The notes below the pieces were generated by a model. The model made no database searches, was not told the origin of the DNA, and saw only the letters and a program-made list of their open reading frames with translations. Of a stretch of DNA of 29,329 nucleotides, positions 26,901 through 29,329 are shown piece after piece (the stretch's first letter is position 1; each line of letters starts with the position of its first letter). The stretch comes from a virus (taxonomy: Duplodnaviria; Caudoviricetes), in IMG/VR virus record IMGVR_UViG_3300032319_000282, positions 1 to 29,329 of that record; one strand, 5' to 3'. Made by a program: the position numbers and the translations under genes.

Positions 26901-28887
26901 GTGGGAACCACATAATGCGACCACCATTAGGCCCTATTTCACACGCCGGCAAATCTGATACAGAAAGACCAGGTCTTTTTGAGCTAGCCCAAGCTAAGTT
27001 TTCTAAAGAAAACATATATTTTTTAACTTTACCTTCAACAATATTTGTTGAACCAGGTCCTTTGATTGGAGCAATATTAAGATTAAACGTGTTATCTAAA
27101 ACGGAATATGTAAATTTTCTTATATTACCATCTGTTTTTTGTAAGTCAGAATATTGATAATAAGGAGTATCTTTAGCAAATACTCTACAATAAACATTAG
27201 TACCACTATACACCGATTTTGCCGGATTAATATACCCTTGAACTTTTGAGCCTTTAGTTATTTCTTTATACCCATCATGAAATACCTTACTTAATTGATT
27301 TATCGCATTACCCGCATGAGATAATCTTCTCGAACTATGTGGTGTCGAATCAATTAATCTTTGTGTATTATCTAATATAGACCCTTGTTTAAAATTATTA
27401 AATTTGTCTGTTAGATAAATTGAACCTATTTTTGTTGAAAAATCATTTCTTGTGTATTCTTTTGCCTTTTTAGGTTCTTGTCCTCCAACCATGGCTTCTT
27501 TTCCAACAACGTTATATTTTGGTGAAGTCCAAATCAATCCTCCCGTTTCACCTCTAACCTCATCACTTGTAATTGCTAACCCTCCTAAACCAAATTTAAA
27601 ATTACCATCAACCATATTACCCTCAAATGTGTTATATAACTTATCAGGCCCATAAACAGATGATTGCATTTCTCTACCCCAAGGGTTAATAGGAATGTCA
27701 CCAGATGGTGAATTAATATAGGAAGCATCTAATTGTTTTGTTCCGACATAATAACCACCTTTAGTCGGGTTGTCTAATAATTTATTAATAGCCCCTTTAG
27801 CAACATCAACAATCTCACCAAAAATAGATTTATTATAATCAGGTGCGTATCTATTAAAACCTAAATTATAATATAATTGAGATTTTTGTCCTTGTCCCGT
27901 ATTATCGAGAAATAATTGTGATGGTGATGGTTTTGAATAAAATCGCCCTATTAATTTACTAGTACTACTACTTCCTATAGGGTTTCCTTCATCATCATAC
28001 GATAGTCTTGGGTCTCTACCTCCATTAAACGCTTTAGATATCTGCCCAAATAAACTTAAATTATGGTCATCAGCCGTAAAATAATCACCCGGTATTACAG
28101 ATGCAGGATAATATGCCCCACCTAATCGTGCAATAAAATCGGCAGCTCTAAAAACGTAATTACTTGGTCTTGAGATAGTCCAATTCTTTTCAATTAATGG
28201 TGTCTTTCCTTGTAAAATTTGTATCGCCTGTAATGGATTACCAATAGCGTTTAATAAATTAACCCTACCTACAGAATTTCTATAAATCTCTCTAGCAATT
28301 CTATCTTCAAAATCTTTTTTAAGTTGTTTTGCTCCTAATTGAGCTATGTACGAATCCTGAGATAAACTTCCGTTATCTCCGACCGCATTGTTATTATTTA
28401 ATAAAATTTCATACGGTGTGTATGTTGATGGTACAAAACTTAATGGGTCTGAATATTGTTGAAATGTTGGTATTGATTGAATATTATTAATTGATATTAA
28501 ATCTGTTGGCGTTAGAGACCCGTATTTATTTAAAGACGGTACTAAACTTTCAGTATTTAAACTTAATCTTGGTAATTTAGCATCACTATAGTCATAAGGA
28601 CCGGCATTAGAACGAGTATTACTTAACCCCCCAACATTAATATTTTTATCGTACCCACCATCAGGACCATAAATATTTAACGGATATAAAATATCCGCAA
28701 ATGGGTCGTTAGCGATAAGATTATCGGGTGAGTCAATAACAGGTGAAACTGTTTGTACTATTTCTTGTACAATATTGGTTACAGGTGGTGGTGTATAAAC
28801 ACCAGGAACTGTATATGGTGATAAGTTCTTTGTTAAACATCTATTCCTAAAAGCTTCTGTTGATGAAAAATCTAAACTGCTTGGCAT
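23914..28887 (-). CDS. Large tail/baseplate protein: tube-initiator-like fold interrupted by an OmpA-like peptidoglycan-binding domain
   Basis: IMWFPPYDISFSETVSPTF...FLGRPEPVYTYTSTKRSGQLSW and PPVLVLRVGDFY...IGVQPMIAKISLNF resemble the halves of a tube-initiator domain. Between them: YFDND...ITLVGSAS..ASNQYNVNLSARRINSVVNYL...GE...CRRVAI (OmpA_C signature). Confidence 0.7.
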   Translation of the reverse strand: MPSSLDFSSTEAFRNRCLTKNLSPYTVPGVYTPPPVTNIVQEIVQTVSPVIDSPDNLIANDPFADILYPLNIYGPDGGYDKNINVGGLSNTRSNAGPYDYSDAKLPRLSLNTESLVPSLNKYGSLTPTDLISINNIQSIPTFQQYSDPLSFVPSTYTPYEILLNNNNAVGDNGSLSQDSYIAQLGAKQLKKDFEDRIAREIYRNSVGRVNLLNAIGNPLQAIQILQGKTPLIEKNWTISRPSNYVFRAADFIARLGGAYYPASVIPGDYFTADDHNLSLFGQISKAFNGGRDPRLSYDDEGNPIGSSSTSKLIGRFYSKPSPSQLFLDNTGQGQKSQLYYNLGFNRYAPDYNKSIFGEIVDVAKGAINKLLDNPTKGGYYVGTKQLDASYINSPSGDIPINPWGREMQSSVYGPDKLYNTFEGNMVDGNFKFGLGGLAITSDEVRGETGGLIWTSPKYNVVGKEAMVGGQEPKKAKEYTRNDFSTKIGSIYLTDKFNNFKQGSILDNTQRLIDSTPHSSRRLSHAGNAINQLSKVFHDGYKEITKGSKVQGYINPAKSVYSGTNVYCRVFAKDTPYYQYSDLQKTDGNIRKFTYSVLDNTFNLNIAPIKGPGSTNIVEGKVKKYMFSLENLAWASSKRPGLSVSDLPACEIGPNGGRIMWFPPYDISFSETVSPTFKGQDFLGRPEPVYTYTSTKRSGQLSWKIIVDHPSILNVIANKELQNNSNADNIIESFMAGCLKYDIYELARRWNQISPNELFVLQETIKKNNPKVEYVAAVAAESPKTKDVTNTIVTPISVPNLKNYEGFGYYFDNDTPNPNTYATTSTSNWNTLYNTYIQNIDSYSAKAPTDKLKDAVRTFFYSAITYNYEQTNALYRDIEKYFNDFKQNPDSTTQPLVTITLVGSASAVASNQYNVNLSARRINSVVNYLSGDSFLSQYIQNGQLKIVNGGAMGEDYTATTMANSGFPVDSIDCTKLSNNATLFEKRYSVNAMACRRVAISDITYSTPDPKQTTSTSKQNVSPGKEGTPEYWTSKPQPDTITTQQRIKDGISKEVLRKLLSECDYFELLKETDSMIYNKLQDKLRFFNPAFHSITPEGLNSRLTFLQQCMRPGDTIPAIDKNGKDVYNDARNTAFGAPPVLVLRVGDFYNTKIIPQSMNITYDPLLLDMNPEGIGVQPMIAKISLNFEIIGGEGLKGPIDKLQNALSFNYYANTEMYDERADATDDSYQQIDNDLVKAILDNTDYVVGINNLNKELENNGGDTIGTIQERFVDNNGISGTTTYQKIMDSYYDAGQSYINSFFNKSKEIISQYNIPLFTLFSLDRKYSQGNARDFTTPFTMYIYGKPDSIQQNITDLFDNIIDDIERVNSKTDEGNRFIATLFMFNFPKKKVINVIKTNLIREINSAKEKMISSLSQVIQELVQNQQNLVSVMAKLDLVDTLTDGYIKSNQSAQIFDLTATTEVQTGSNVVNTYDELVNDYSSGSTKLFSFYVNYLTNNIIKYEFDFDDINLIYNPDFIYPNCDVCTNSEKRFFTGMSNILLNETSYNSFRSKVIPNDIADENYNGFTPLTVFDVFYFSRKKTYSSEYNLEQEFFLNKIETDYNKKYKEWNAFVKGKTRKFLFSNYNGGSPVQEERLKNLYKDGNSNTNNKIFNGKTKFN

Positions 28888-28903
28888 TTATAATACTTTT
28901 ATA

Positions 28904-28910
28904 ATAAATA
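28904..28910 (-). promoter_or_regulatory. TATTTAT box, putative late promoter
   Basis: Minus strand reads cTATTTATtataaaagtattataaATG. Confidence 0.55.
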
Positions 28911-28926
28911 GATTGTTAATTGTTTT

Positions 28927-29329
28927 TTAAACATTATAACTATAGTTACCCGTACCTTCCATTATTTTTTGATTTACAACATGATTAACTATTTTTCTTT
29001 GTAAGTCACCAATAAATTGAGGGTTATTTAATGCTGATTCTAAATTTGGCATATTAGGTACATTTATAGTTATATCTCCCTTTATATCATCAAATTTGTG
29101 ATTAACATCTTTGGTCACCGTTTCAGTTTTAAGAACATTAGATACATTAGTAATTGCCGGTGGTATAACATTAGATATCGGTACAGTAGTTACTGGTGGT
29201 TTAACATTAGCAACACTCTCATCACGAACAGGAGTAATAACTTTATTAATGGTACCATATAAATCTCTATTACTTTCATCTATTTTTGTTATTAACGAAT
29301 TTGGATTATATATTTTTGATATATCATTA
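28927..29329 (-). CDS. C-terminal part of a longer gene entering from the right edge, possibly the tape measure protein
   Basis: The frame of the 63-aa track ORF stays open to the edge (NDISKIYNPNSLITK...VKPPVTTVPISNVIPPAITNV...TVTKDVNHKFDDIKGDITINVP). The position upstream of a tube-initiator-like gene fits a TMP; the product is inferred from synteny only. Confidence 0.55.
   Translation of the reverse strand, partial: NDISKIYNPNSLITKIDESNRDLYGTINKVITPVRDESVANVKPPVTTVPISNVIPPAITNVSNVLKTETVTKDVNHKFDDIKGDITINVPNMPNLESALNNPQFIGDLQRKIVNHVVNQKIMEGTGNYSYNV

Noticed and set aside
6335-27655. All plus-strand ORFs in the track (e.g. 6335-6535, 9459-9824, 13045-13266, 14222-14506, 25766-26026, 26915-27157)
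   Set aside because: Short antisense shadows of well-supported minus-strand genes, with no motifs and no plus-strand expression signals.
5048-28887. Bacterial eCIS, T6SS or tailocin locus as an alternative reading (OmpA-like domain plus baseplate genes)
   Set aside because: Interleaved with phage-type SSB, recombinase, exonuclease, helicase, RNR and HNH genes; no T6SS membrane complex or host housekeeping genes.
1-29329. Stop-codon reassignment (all long genes end in TAA, and the single TAG at 14212-14214 is followed directly by TAA)
   Set aside because: Genes of up to 2091 codons are uninterrupted in code 11 and coding density is near complete. TAA bias is expected in AT-rich DNA.
1-29329. 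tRNA, rRNA or CRISPR arrays
   Set aside because: Intergenic gaps are all under about 100 nt and very AT-rich; no cloverleaf or periodic repeat-spacer pattern seen by eye.

Overview
AT-rich segment of a large contractile-tailed (myovirus-type, probably jumbo) dsDNA phage; every credible gene is on the minus strand in the standard code. In transcription order (right to left): the 3' end of a probable tape-measure gene; a 1657-aa tube-initiator/baseplate-like protein with an embedded OmpA-like peptidoglycan-binding domain; a gp53/tail-X-like protein; a 2091-aa hub-like protein; two small hypothetical genes; a replication block (gp32-like SSB, RecA/UvsX-like recombinase, 5'-3' exonuclease, hypothetical gene, DnaB-like helicase, class II RNR nrdJ, DUF5522-like Cys-rich protein); then gp25-like and gp6/J-like baseplate wedge genes; and a >1650-aa gene with an internal multi-TM segment that runs off the left edge and is missing from the ORF track. 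Two accessory cassettes sit between the recombinase and exonuclease genes: an unlisted 53-aa RHH-like gene overlapping an HNH endonuclease, and a tandem-PAS protein with a C-terminal 2-TM hairpin but no output domain (the most unusual gene here). Two promoter classes are visible: TTGAC(A/T)-N17-TATA(T/C)T at two sites and a TATTTAT box at seven gene starts. Family calls come from motif recognition by eye; no searches were run.
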